This document shows, piece by piece, positions 36,666-48,915 of a stretch of DNA of 64,000 nt (position 1 is its first letter; each line of letters opens with the position of its first letter). A program made the translations under genes and the position numbers. The DNA is taken from the NCBI GenBank assembly GCA_002269645.1, contig NIVC01000006.1, positions 310,001 through 374,000 of the forward strand, given 5' to 3'. The DNA is from Macrostomum lignano (taxonomy: Eukaryota). The notes beneath the pieces are model-generated. The model did not search any database. It had not been told where the DNA came from and saw only the letters and a list, made by a program, of their open reading frames with translations.

Positions 36666-38979
36666 TTTTTAGGGCTGCGAACGGAGGCGGCGGAACGCGC
36701 GCGGCCGGTTTGCTACACGGAGGCTAGCACAGATCGACCACGTTGCTTTTGCGCTCCCGTGAGCGCCGCCGCGCTGTCAACTGCCGCACCATCACGCCGC
36801 TGGCCCTGCGGTCCGATAATCGGCTTCTCATCTGCCACCTCAAGCTACGCGATCCACTCTACCGTTCGCTGAAGCGGCCACCGCGGCGCTACTACCGCGC
36901 TCTCAAAGACGCCGGAACGCACTGCCGCTTTGCTAGCGCCTTCATCACTGCGCTCGGCGGCAAGCGTGGAGGTGCCGAGTACGCGGATGTGAGCGCCGCA
37001 GTACGAGCCACCGCGGAACAAGCGGTCCAGTTGATGCGACCGGCCCAGCGTGGGCAGCCGGTCTGGCAGGACGACCCCGCGATTCAGCAAGCGAGGGAAT
37101 ATCTGGAGAAGCTCCGTCTGAGCAGGCGACCTACTCGCGAGGCGGAGGAGGCTCTGGCGACTGTCTATCTGCAGCGGCAGCAGGCCGCAGTTGATGACGT
37201 TGTCCAGGCCGTCTCTGCCGCTGGACCCGACGCCAGAGGGCGCGTGGCCTGGTCTGCCATTAATGCTCTGACAGGGCAGAAGCGGCGCATCCAACTGTAT
37301 CTGGCAGGCGACACTGCGGATGAGCGCAGGAACGAGCTGCGCGAGTTCTTCGCCGCCATAGTCAACGCACCGCCACCCCCGCTGCCCAGCATCCTGACGC
37401 TGCCGCCAGAGACGCCGTTGCTGTCAGAAGACAGTTTTAACTTTGCACCAGTCACCATGGCTGAAGTTGTGAGGCTCGCCCAGAAGACGCCGGGCGGCAA
37501 GGCGCTGGGTCCGGACGAGGTGCCCATCGAGGCGCTGCGCATCCACTGTGTGGCCAGTGAGGTCGCCCGTGTGATTAACCGCGTGCTCTCCGGTGAAATG
37601 GCACCCACCGAGTGGACCATGGCGCACATCATCGCCATTCCAAAGAAGCCGGGCACTACACGGCTAGACGAGCACCGAGGCATCTGCCTGCAATCCTGTG
37701 CTGCGAAGTTGTTCAACCGGATGCTGCTATCGCGGTTGCAACCCGTGCTGGATCCCTACCTGCGACCTGAGCAGAACGGGTTTCGGCCCCACCGTGGCAC
37801 AGTGGCGCAGATCCTAACTCTTCCCTGAATCATCGAGGCGGCGCGCACGCGCCAGTTGGATCTGATTGTTGTCTTCATTGACTTCATGAAGGCATTCGAC
37901 TCGGTTGCGAGGGCTGCGCTCCCACATGTGCTCCGTGCGTATCATGTACCAGAACAGCTGATCTCCGCCATAATGGCGTTGTACTGTGCTACGAGAGCAG
38001 CTGTGATGACGCCGGACGGCCTGTCGGACTCCTTCGAGACATCCTCCGGGGTGCTCCAGGGGGACACTCAAGCGCCGTTCCTGTTCGTCCTGGTGCTTGA
38101 CTGGGTGCTATAAACTGCTCTTCCTACCGACGAAGACGGCTTCCTACTGCGGCGACGCGTGGGTCGACGTCAACTGGAGAAACGGCTCAGCGTGCTTGGC
38201 TACGCCGATGACCTCGCCCTGCTGTCCTCGACCGTAGAGGGCGCCCAGCGCCAGCTGGACAAGCTGGTTAGCGCTGCAGCGAGCGTCGGCCTGGTGAACA
38301 CGAAGAAGGCCGTTGTGCTCTGCGTGCCGGGCGACATCGAGGCCGCAATTTTCTGCCGAGGCGCTGGCGGGCAGGTAACGGAGCTTCCGCGCTGTCAGCA
38401 GTTCGTCTACCTCGGCGGTCTGGAGCCTGACGTTCGCGAAGATCTGCAGCGTCGCCGCGGGCTCGCTTGGGCTGCCTTTCGCTCTGTGAGGGTGGTCCTG
38501 CAGTCCGAGGCCCTACCTGACCGCCAGAGGGCGGCGCTGTTCCAGGCGGTGGTCGAGACTGTCCTGTTGTACAACGCCGAGACCTGGACGCTGACGAATT
38601 CGCTCGAACAGCAAGTCAACGCGGCGCACGCTGGCCTGCTGCGCGCCGCCCTTAAGATCAGCGACGAGCGCGGATCACTAACGCGGCACTCTATCGCCGC
38701 GCCGGCCTGGCCCGTCCAAGTGAACTGCTGCGACTTCGACGACTCCAGCGGCGACTCCAGGCTACAACATCCGCGCCGAGTCCTACTGCCCGCAGCCGGT
38801 GCAGAAGGTGCTGCTGTGCAACGCTGCTACCGGCGCGGCCAGGCCCGAACTCGGCGTTTCCTCGACTGCCTGCTGGCCGACGCTGGCGCCCCGGACTCTG
38901 CCTTTGTTCGCGCCCAGGCTCTGAAGCGTGCCCTGTAACGCTGCTTTTTTCCACCTGACAGCGTACTTTGTTGTTGTTG
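36666..38979 (+). mobile_element. 5'-truncated RTE-like non-LTR retrotransposon (end of APE endonuclease, RT, 3' UTR, (TTG)n tail), inactivated
   Basis: QIDHVLL..RSDNRLL (APE end); KALGPDEVP, IPKK, RGICL, EQNGFR, FIDFMKAFDSV, GVLQGD, LGYADDL (RT). In-frame stops at 37826 and 38111 and frameshifts near 38.7 kb. Probable TSD TAAGC(C/T)ACTC at 36656-36665 and 38980-38989. Confidence 0.92.
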
Positions 38980-40528
38980 TAAGCTACTCGAACGCCCCCT
39001 TTGCCAGATTAAGTAATAGTTTAATTACCGTATCTAGATATCTGACGAGAAATATCTAAGTCAATCATGTACGCTCGTATGATGTATGATTGTACGTAGC
39101 TGAAGAACAAAAACGAGGTTTTTTTATAAATATCGGTAACCACGGTCTAGCTGAGTCATCTTGGAATTTCAGTTTCCGATGAATGAAGGTTTTACAAGAA
39201 ATTCTAAGTTCCAAAGACAAAGTCAATTTGACAGTTATTAGGCCCTAATTCCAAGTCATTATAGGCCCACCGAAATGTCACTTTATTCTATTACAAATTA
39301 TTTAGGTCCTAGACTCGTAAATAACTTATTAAGTCCAACCCAAAACTCTTCATTTGAATTTTATGCAGAGATGTAGTTAATTTTAATAATTTAATATGGA
39401 AAATCTATAGTATTTATTATGTTGCGAAATTAAAAATAGCAGCACAACTTAGGCCTAAATTAAATCGTGCTTAACGTTTTTTTATCAAAACCATCTGACA
39501 GCAGCCTACTCTCATCAAAGAAAACAAAAAATCTTACAATAGCTGCTCTCATCCTCATGCTCATGTTTAATAGGTTACTGAAAATATTAGTGTTTGCTGT
39601 AACTAGCATAGAAACATTTTTGAATAATTTATAAAATCCATGTACTAAAATGTTTGAAACTAATTTGAGAATGATAATTTTATTTTTATGCCTAGTAGTA
39701 AATCATTTATGTTAAATATATTTATGTTAAATTCTCAGATATATCTATCTGAGAATTCATACTTTGTGTTTTGTCTTAATCATCTTAATGGCTATCTACT
39801 ATATTCAATAGCAATTATATTGTTGAAAATTCCAATCTAAATGCTTTGCTAAGCCTAGTTAGCTGTGCAACTACTAGGTAATTACAATATTTTTATCCAT
39901 GCTTAAAAAGTAGGATTTATTTTTATTTTGTTAAGTTCAATGTCCCAGAAATTTATTGAGGAGGGAGGTAGATTCTAGAATGTAAAGACCCAAGGGGGCA
40001 GAGGAGGTGGCTCTATATTTTGGCAAAAATGCACTTAGTCTCCCTTTCAGGTCTTTGCCCAAGGCCAGGCATGGGGACAGGACAGGCCCTAGTAAAGTTA
40101 GTTAAGTTGATTTATAGTTTCATTTTAACTAATACTAGGTAGGCTAAGTTAGGGCCTAAAATATAAAAATTAAAATTGCATATATTAGCCTATCCTAATC
40201 AATATTTATTGATGCAAAATATAAAAACTACAAATTCAGCCAATAATATCCAAATAGATTTGTGATATTTTGTCTCTTACAAATTTGAATAGTTCAAGAT
40301 TGCTATCTATAGTCAGATAAGCTACAATAAGAAATATCTATGGGTCTATACTATATGAGTCTTGCAGAAAAAAACCTTTATTGTCAAAAAGGCTAATATA
40401 AGCAAAATTGATAAGTTTAAAGTTTTGATATTCAGTATGCTAGATAGCAATTGAGTTAAAAAAATGATCAGAAGCAAACTACTGTAAGTAGTTCTTTTGC
40501 AAACAATTTCTTTCTAGCTTAATAAGCC

Positions 40529-40882
40529 ATGAAACGCAACAGCAGCAGTGTTAGCAACCAGATTCAGATACTGGTTGACAGGGCCACAAATGGCTCACTA
40601 GGCAGCTCCGATGCCACCCTGTCAGCCAGCATTGTTCAGTTCGCTAAGAGCACTGATGATGCGCCAAAAGAGGTGGCGCGCGCTCTTCGCAAGCGGCTTA
40701 GCGCCATTTCATCGGCGCGCGATTTTCGTGCGGCAGATCACTGTCTGGACTTATTGGAGGCCTGCGTACAGTCCTGCGGGCCCAGGTTTCACGCGCAGCT
40801 CGCTGGCAAGCGTGACCTTCTGGATGAGCTGGTCCGGCTCATTGGGCCCAAGCACTCGCCACCGTCTGAGCTGCAGGACAGG
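40529..40882 (+). CDS. TOM1: TOM1-family adaptor, exon 1 (VHS domain)
   Basis: VDRATNGSL..DDAPKEVARALRKRL..LDLLEACVQSCGPRFH..LLDELVRLI matches a VHS domain. Donor AGG|GTGCGG at 40883, phase 0. Confidence 0.88.
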
Positions 40883-40934
40883 GTGCGGGACTGGGACTGG
40901 GACTGGGACTTGGACTGGAAATGGGACTGCGGAC

Positions 40935-41100
40935 TAAAGACAGGTAGCTGATCACAGGAAGGGTCAAAAGACACAGGACAGGGTCTAAAGACAGGTTGCT
41001 GATCACAGGAAGGGTCAAAAGACACAGGACAGGGTCTAAAGACAGGTTGCTGATCACAGGAAGGGTCAAAAGACACAGGACAGGGTCTAAAGACAGGTAG
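40935..41100 (+). repeat. 51-bp intronic repeat x~3.3
   Basis: Unit TAAAGACAGGT(A/T)GCTGATCACAGGAAGGGTCAAAAGACACAGGACAGGGTC. Confidence 0.93.
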
Positions 41101-41123
41101 CTAACCATTACCAAATCACTCAG

Positions 41124-41648
41124 GTGCTGCAGCTGCTGATGTTCTGGTCGGACACCTTCAGCGACCGGCCGGAGCTGAGAGAGGTGGACCGGGTGATCAA
41201 AGAACTGCGCAGCAAAGGCGTTCAGTTTCCCGACCCGGCGTCCACCTACGAGTCTCTGCAGACCTACTCAAACTACTCAAACCAGGAGGCCAATTCGGCT
41301 GCCTCTGCTGCAGCGACAAACTCGGCGGCAACTTCTGCTGCGGCTCCCGTGTCGCCAAGGCCTCGGCTGCCGCAGGCGCAGAGGCCGACTTCAATGACTG
41401 GCAGGCCTCAGCAACAGCAGCAGCAGCGGCAGCAGCCACCGCCCCAGCCTGTTGGTCAGCTGACGCCTCATCAGCTCGGCAAGCTGAAGTCGGACGTGGA
41501 TCAGGTGTGCACGAATTGTCGAATATTCAACGAGTTGCTGACGGAAGCTGCCAACGGCACGGCCCAGCCTGAGGATTTGCAGCTGATGCGCCAGCTCAAT
41601 TCAGTTAATAGGAAAATGCAGCAGCGAGTGATGGAGCTGCTGGGACAG
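41124..41648 (+). CDS. TOM1: TOM1-family adaptor, exon 2 (VHS end, linker, GAT start)
   Basis: VLQLLMFWSDTF..ELRSKGVQFP and QLGKLKSDVDQV..ELLTE..EDLQLMRQLN..MQQRVMELL. The exon ends at a GC donor, CAG|GCAAGT. Confidence 0.85.
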
Positions 41649-41667
41649 GCAAGTGTGCTCGGTTTGG

Positions 41668-42050
41668 AATCTAAGAGTTCATGGGGATTTATGAGGACAT
41701 GAGGTCATGGGGATTTATGAGGTCATTTGGATTTATGAGGTCATGGGGATTTATGAGGTCATGGGGATTTGCCGGATTTATGAGTTCATGGGGATTTATG
41801 AGGTCATGGGGATTTATGAGGTCATTTGGATTTATGAGGTCATGGGGATTTATGAGGTCATTTGGATTTATGAGGTCATGGGGATTTATGAGGTCATTTG
41901 GATTTATGAGGTCATGGGGATTTATGAGGTCATGGGGATTTATGAGGTCATTTGGATTTATGAGGTCATGGGGATTTATGAGTTTATGGGGATTTATGAG
42001 GTCATGGGGATTTATGAGGTCATGGGGCTTTATGAGTTGATGGGGATTCA
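41668..42050 (+). repeat. 18-bp intronic minisatellite (GAGGTCATGGGGATTTAT)n
   Basis: Starts about 20 nt after the GC donor. Confidence 0.95.
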
Positions 42051-42571
42051 TGAGATTCTAGATACCCCATACTCTATAAATAGAAAAAATGTAGGATTTC
42101 TCATGAGATATTTTAATTCACAGGTATAAGATAAATGTGACATTTTTGTAGACTCGCAAATCACACATATTGGGATATTTACAGCTCTTAAAATGAAGAT
42201 AATATGGGAATTTATGGACTTTTAATCCCGCCTATTGCATAAATCTAGAGGATTTTATGAGTTATATCTGCCTCCAATCTATGGAATTCATTAGGGAATT
42301 GAGAGTCCTAGATCCTATCAATCAATATTGGATAAATACAGAATTTGTGGGATTCTTAATCCAGAATCGGCCACATTGTGCAGGAAAATTGGCTGAGGGT
42401 TTGTCGTGCCATTCACATCCTTGAGGGCCAGCCCCAAGGCACAGAGACTGTACATGCCTGTTGTAGGTTCTCAGGAGCCAGCAGAATTGCATTCAGCGCC
42501 CATTGTAGGGGCGATGTCGCCGAAGAAGCCATTGTGCCAAGCTGTCCGCAGCCCTCCTGCGAATGGACCAC

Positions 42572-43150
42572 AATCATAAACCAGAAATATCACAACTCCG
42601 AAAGCACACTTCCCATCATAAACCAGAAATATCAAAAACCCCGAAGTGTCATAACTCCGAAAACCAAAATAGTGGTTTGACATTGCTAGAACTTTTGGAG
42701 TTATGATATTTCAGGTTTATGATATTTCGGGTTTGTGATATTTTAGGTTTATGATATTTCGGGTTTTTGATATTTCTGGTTTATGATTTTTCTGGTTTAT
42801 GATATTTCGGGTTTATAATATTTCTGGTTTATGATTTTTCGGGTTTATGATATTTCTGGTTTATGATTCTTCGGGTTTATGATATTTCGGGTTTATGATA
42901 TTTCGGGTTTATGATATTTCGGGTTTATGATATTTCGGGTTTATGATATTTCTGGTTTATGATTCTTCGGGTTTATGATATTTCGGGTTTATGATATTTC
43001 GGGTTTGTGATATTTCTGGTTTATGATATTTCGGGTTTATGATATTTCGAGTTTATGATATTTCTGGATTATGATTTTTCGGGTTTATGATATTTCTGGT
43101 TTATGATTCTTCGGGTTTATGATATTTCGGGTTTATGATTTTTCGAACTT
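42572..43150. repeat. Inverted pair of ~16-bp tandem arrays (TCATAAACCAGAAATA vs TATTTCGGGTTTATGA), foldback-like
   Basis: A short left arm (42572-42665) is the reverse complement of a long right arm (42695-43150). Confidence 0.8.
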
Positions 43151-43342
43151 GTGATGCCCCCTCCACGCGAATATTGATTTGTTGAGATTTTTAATAGAAA
43201 CATTTGATTCAATGCAAGCAGTTCCAGCTCTCATTCAATGTTTATGAAATTTAGAACGGGAGAAATAAAAGAATTGAGAGTTTGGATAAATTAGGGATCT
43301 GGAATTCATAAAACCTGTTTCTATTCGAACTCATGCGTGCAG

Positions 43343-43723
43343 GTATCCAGCGAGTCCGTTCTCAGCGAGCTCCTACGCGTCAATGACGAATTGAATTCGG
43401 CATTTCTACGCTTCGATCGGTTCGAGAACTCGCGCCCGCCGCCGCGGGGGACCGTGGATTCCCTGGCAACCAGGCAGCAGCTGCAGGAGCCGCTGAGCGC
43501 CGCCACAGTCGGGGTGAACCTTATCGACCTGTCCGAAGACGATCCGCCGCCGCCGCCGCCGCCGAGGCCCGCCGCAGCGGAGCCGGTTTCGAACCCCGGC
43601 AACCTGCCCGACTCGGAGGCTGAGCTGCGCGAGATGGAGAGTTGGATGCGCAGCGAAGGCCTGGCTGATGCTGAAGGCGACAGCAGCCAGCAGAGCAGAG
43701 TGGGGGACAAATTCCAGTTGTAG
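43343..43723 (+). CDS. TOM1: TOM1-family adaptor, exon 3 (GAT end and C-terminal tail)
   Basis: Acceptor gcgtgcAG| gives VSSESVLSELLRVNDELNSAFLRFDRF (GAT helix 3), NLIDLSED and EMESWM. About 419 aa total if this exon is terminal. Confidence 0.82.
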   Translation, partial: VSSESVLSELLRVNDELNSAFLRFDRFENSRPPPRGTVDSLATRQQLQEPLSAATVGVNLIDLSEDDPPPPPPPRPAAAEPVSNPGNLPDSEAELREMESWMRSEGLADAEGDSSQQSRVGDKFQL

Positions 43724-45026
43724 AGATTCCGCTAGCTGTGTTTTTAAGGCTCACTGATTTCATTTCACTGCTACAACTCTCACCCCAGCTAACTGAACTT
43801 TTGAAGATCAACTCTGCGTCAAAATTTGGACATTCGTGTTTGGCATGGAGTTAAACTATTATGAACTTCTGAAGTACAAGGATTTTGCTTGAGGCTGGTG
43901 CACGGTTACATTTAATTGGTTAGAGCCACAGGTACTGGAATATCTAGATGGGCCACTCATTTGCGTGTAAGCTACTTTCAGTTCAGTAGTAAGTTAAACA
44001 GAATCATTTTAATGTATTTTAAGGCCAAGGCTCATAATGGCTCTTAACCCCCCAGCTTAAACCCTACAACCGCCCCGCCCCAATTTTTATTGCCTTTCTC
44101 AGAATTCCACCCAAAGCTGCCATGTACATTTCAGAGGACTGGCCAATGTACATTACTGCTGAACCAATTAGCAAGCTGTTTACGCCTGCAAGCTTGGGCT
44201 TCTGAACTTATCAAAGTAATTTCAGCTGCCTTTTTTATAAAATTAGCTTATGTATTCTTATTTGCTACTGAACTGAAAGTAGAAAGCCTTTTTATTAAGA
44301 TGCCCGAGTGGCCCATCTACTTATTTTAGTATCTGTGATTGGGGCTTGTGTGCACGAAAATTGGCCGGGAGGTTGTCTATCGTTCAGTTGACACCCCATG
44401 ACGGCCAACCCGAAAGGCACACGCACAGAGTGTAATACATTCCTGAATGATCAGAAAGTCACAAAGTTTACAAAGATTATTTGATTGTAAGCTTTAATTC
44501 CGCGTGTTAAACAGTGCCATACGAGTATTGTGTATTTTATTTCAATCAAGTTGTAATTAATTGCGTTTGAATTATTGCAGATTTTGCTCAGTCAGTTGCA
44601 CTTGAAATTTCGGAACACATCGGGTTTTTTTCGGTCTTCCAACTGAACCATTTATTTTTCTAATAAATTGCCGAGTTTCTCAATCAGTTTTTATATTTGT
44701 ACGCTTTTCTTGGCTCAAACACAGAGTTGTAGGTTTTTTCAAACTCGTGATTTTATTGAGAAGCTTTGCTACATTCCATAAATTGATCAATTCCTGCTGC
44801 TTACTCCAGTTAACATTCCAATAAATAGACTCTAGCAGCTAGTTGTGAAATTTATTACCATTCACTATCAGTTTAAATAGATTAATAAATATTTTAATTA
44901 ACTGTGTGTAGAACTATGTGGCTTAATAAGCTTCATTGAAAGATGTCAACAGTTTTATAATTTGAGAAATTGAATTCTTATTTTTTTCTACTGCTTTGCT
45001 TTCCTTCCAGTCCGTTAAATCATTAC

Positions 45027-46660
45027 AATTCCAACCCCTCACCCCGGCCCCATTCCAACCCCTCACCCCAGCCCCATTCCAACCCCTCACCCCGGCCCCA
45101 TTCCAACCCTCACCCCGGCCCCATTCCAACCCCTCACCCCAGCCCCATTCCAACCCCTCACCCCAACCCCATTCCAACCCCTCACCCCAGCCCCATTCCA
45201 ACCCCTCACCCCGGCCCCATTCCAACCCCTCACCCCGGCCCCATTCCAACCCCTCACCCCGGCCCCATTCCAACCCCTCACCCCGGCCCCATTCCAACCC
45301 CTCACCCCAGCCCCATTCCAACCCCTCACCCAGCCCCATTCCAACCCCTCACCCCGGCCCCATTCCAACCCCTCACCCCGGCCCCATTCCAACCCCTCAC
45401 CCCGGCCCCATTCCAACCCCTCACCCCGGCCCCATTCCAACCCCTCACCCCGGCCCCATTCCAACCCCTCACCCCAGCCCCATTCCAACCCCTCACCCCG
45501 GCCCCATTCCAACCCCTCACCCCAGCCCCACTCCAACCCCTCACCCCAGCCCCATTCCAACCCCTCACCCCGGCCCCATTCCAACCCCTCACCCCAGCCC
45601 CATTCCAACCCCTCACCCCGGCCCCATTCCAACCCCTCACCCCGGCCCCATTCCAACCCCTCACCCCAGCCCCATTCCAACCCCTCACCCCAACCCCATT
45701 CCAACCCCTCACCCCGGCCCCATTCCAACCCCTCACCCCAGCCCCACTCCAACCCCTCACCCCAGCCCCATTCCAACCCCTCACCCCGGCCCCATTCCAA
45801 CCCTCACCCCAGCCCCATTCCAACCCCTCACCCCGGCCCCATTCCAACCCCTCACCCCGGCCCCATTCCAACCCCTCACCCCAGCCCCATTCCAACCCCT
45901 CACCCCAACCCCATTCCAACCCCTCACCCCAGCCCCATTCCAACCCCTCACCCCGGCCCCATTCCAACCCCTCACCCCGGCCCCATTCCAACCCCTCACC
46001 CCGGCCCCATTCCAACCCCTCACCCCGGCCCCATTCCAACCCCTCACCCCGGCCCCATTCCAACCCCTCACCCCGGCCCCATTCCAACCCCTCACCCCAG
46101 CCCCATTCCAACCCCTCACCCCGGCCCCATTCCAACCCCTCACCCCGGCCCCATTCCAACCCCTCACCCCAGCCCCATTCCAACCCCTCACCCCGGCCCC
46201 ATTCCAACCCCTCACCCCGGCCCCATTCCAACCCTCACCCCAGCCCCATTCCAACCCCTCACCCCGGCCCCATTCCAACCCCTCACCCCGGCCCCATTCC
46301 AACCCCTCACCCCAGCCCCATTCCAACCCCTCACCCCGGCCCCATTCCAACCCCTCACCCCGGCCCCATTCCAACCCTTCACCCAGCCCCATTCCAACCC
46401 CTCACCCCAGCCATACATGCGCAACCTTGGGAATCACTCGGCCGTTTCTATTGGCAACACACACATGTAAGTGACAGTAAGTCGCTATTGGCTGAGAGCA
46501 GTCACGTGACTACTATTCCGTCCAATAGCGACTTACATGTGTGTGTTGCCAATAAAAACGGCCGAGTGAATCCCAAGGTTGCGCTTAAGCATGACCCCAG
46601 CCCCATTCCAACCCCTCACCCCAGCCCCATTCCAACCCCTCACCCCAGCCCCATTCTAAC
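45027..46660 (+). repeat. 24-bp C-rich minisatellite (CATTCCAACCCCTCACCCC(G/A)GCCC)n, interrupted by a MITE
   Basis: About 57 units to 46411, resuming at 46594 after the MITE. Confidence 0.96.
46412..46593. mobile_element. MITE family A copy 1 (CATACATGCGCAAC / CATGCTTAAGCGCAAC ends), 8-bp TSD ACCCCAGC
   Basis: Long internal inverted repeats; TSD at 46404-46411 and 46594-46601. Confidence 0.88.
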
Positions 46661-47224
46661 CATCCAGCTTTTGAACCCTTTTAAATTTATGCAGAAAAAA
46701 GGAAAGCCACGTGTCCATATTCAGTTATCCACAAACAAGCACATGCAAGAGTTTGCACTTATGAAAAAGAGGAAAAGGTCAGATTTTACGGTCAAGAAAT
46801 TCTTATATTTGTTCTGAAGACGCGTTCCATTTTAGTGACGCTTGTCCTGTGTACCACATAAGTAAATTCAAATATTTAAAATCATTGATAACTATTTAGC
46901 TAGTTGATTGATGCCAGGTGTTATTGTGACTCAACTGCTAATACCTCAGACTTCGAGTGAAAACAGAAATAAATGATTCTATGAATACAACTGTAGCAAT
47001 GCAAATGATTCTATTAAACACAGTATGAGAATTGGAATAAAATAATAATCAAGAGCCAGCAAGCTTCTATAATTTCTAATCAATAATATACTTTATCATG
47101 CGATAAAATTAGTAAAAAGTGCGCCGACAATGATAAAACTAGAAACCATCATGCACAAGGTAAATCCTTTTGATAAACAGAGCTGACAGTGTGCTGTACA
47201 TATGTACATAATGTTTTAGAGCAG

Positions 47225-47728
47225 TATGTCACTGAATAAGCCTGTCAGGTAGGGACTGTCTGACACTGGATAAGCCTGTCAGGTAGGGACTGTCTGACAC
47301 TGAATAAGCCTGTCAGGTAGGGACTGTCTGACACTGAATAAGCCTGTCAGGTAGGGACTGTCTGACACTGAATGAGTCTGTCAGGTAGGGACTGTCTGAC
47401 ACTGAATGAGCCTGTCAGGTAGGGACTGTCTGACACTGAATGAGCCTGTCAGGTAGGGACTGTCTGACACTAAATAAATAAGCCTGTCAGGTAGGGACTG
47501 TCTGACACTGGATAAGCCTGTCAGGTAGGGACTGTCTGACACTGAATAAGCCTGTCAGGTAGGGACTGTCTGACACTGGATAAGCCTGTCAGGTAGGGAC
47601 TGTCTGACACTGAATAAGCCTGTCAGGTAGGGACTGTCTGACACTGAATAAGCCTGTCAGGTAGGGACTGTCTGACACTAAATAAGCCTGTCAGGTAGGG
47701 TCTGTCTGACACTGGATAAGCCTGTCAG
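47225..47728 (+). repeat. 34-bp minisatellite (CACTGAATAAGCCTGTCAGGTAGGGACTGTCTGA)n
   Basis: About 15 units. Confidence 0.95.
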
Positions 47729-48135
47729 TTGGTCAAGCCAGCAGCTCTGCTTTAAAAAGCATGGGATGAGAGAAGTTTTCAAATTCTGCATGAGAAAAAT
47801 CGATTATTTGTAAAAGATAACTATTCAGTATAAAATGCTACAGTTCCTACTAGAAAAGTAGCTTATTAAGTAAGCTAAGAAACATAAAAACAGGGCACCA
47901 AAAATGAAGGTACGGCACCAAAGCGAGCAGAACGGCGCACAGAAATTTCAGTCCCTGCGTGGTGCAAATATTTTTTTAACTAAAACCCTCACCTCTGATT
48001 ACTACCGCATTCTGCTGGAAATATCTCCAATTTTCCCAGGCTAATTTAATTTTTACGAAGAGGCTTAGCACATAGAAAGCAAGTTTTATATAAAGAAACA
48101 ATAAACTTGGACTCCGATTGCATTGCTAAGAAACT

Positions 48136-48530
48136 TCAATTCGAAGCATCTGCAGCAGCGGCCGCCGCCGCCGCCGCTTCCTGCCGCATCTCGTCGGCGA
48201 GAAGCTGCTGCTCCCAGCTGCCACCGCCTCCGCCGCCAGCGTCGCCGCCGACGCCGGCCCCGACGCCGTCCAGATCGTCGTCGATGAAGCCGCCGTCTTC
48301 CGGCACCGCCGGGGTGGCGCCTTCGACTTCGCCAGGCATCGCTCCGACATCTCCGACATCGCCGCCGCCGCGACCGCCACCGGCGCGACGATTTCGACGA
48401 GACTTTCGGCGACGACCTCCGCCGCCGCCGCCTCTATCGGGGTCGGCATTCCGGCAGCGATCGTTTCGAATTGTGACGCTAAATGCGCCGGTTGCAGTCG
48501 GCAACGGCTCAATGTGGCGCTCAACTTGGT
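48136..48530 (-). CDS. Uncharacterised Gly/Arg/Ala-rich protein, terminal exon
   Basis: Acceptor taccgcAG| at 48531, phase 1, restores EEFEHE-Y-QVERHIEPLP. GC-rich coding composition; stop at 48136-48138. Confidence 0.65.
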
Positions 48531-48743
48531 CTGCGGTATTAATTAGTGGAGGTGAACTCTTGGTGAGCATCACGTGATCACATTCAACCTTTCAATTAGG
48601 GGGGAGGGGGGTAGCCCAGTGGTCCAGCGCGGCGCTCTGATGTGCCAGCGGCCCAGGCTCGATTCCAGGTGCAGTCACATTAATTTGGGGCTAAATTGAA
48701 ATCTCGGCTTGGCTCTGCTCATGCAATTAACGGCCTTGAGAGC

Positions 48744-48915
48744 CATGCTTGGGCGCAACCTTGGGATTCACTCGGCCGTTTCTATTGGCAACACACACAT
48801 GTAAGTCGCTATTGGACGGAATAGTAGTCACGTGACTGCTCTCAGCCAATAGCGACTTACATGTGTGTGTTGCCAATAGAAACGGCCGGGTGATTCCCAA
48901 ATTTGCGCATGTATG
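48744..48915. mobile_element. MITE family A copy 2, 8-bp TSD TTGAGAGC
   Basis: Inverted relative to copy 1; TSD at 48736-48743 and 48916-48923; intronic. Confidence 0.9.

Noticed and set aside
42380-42570. GC-richer intronic segment with a possible pseudogene frame
   Set aside because: No family could be assigned and the frame has an internal stop.
44923-46817. 615-aa Pro-rich, extensin-like ORF and antisense Gly/Trp ORFs
   Set aside because: The 24-bp array is open in many frames and is interrupted by a MITE. It has no signal peptide or splice support.
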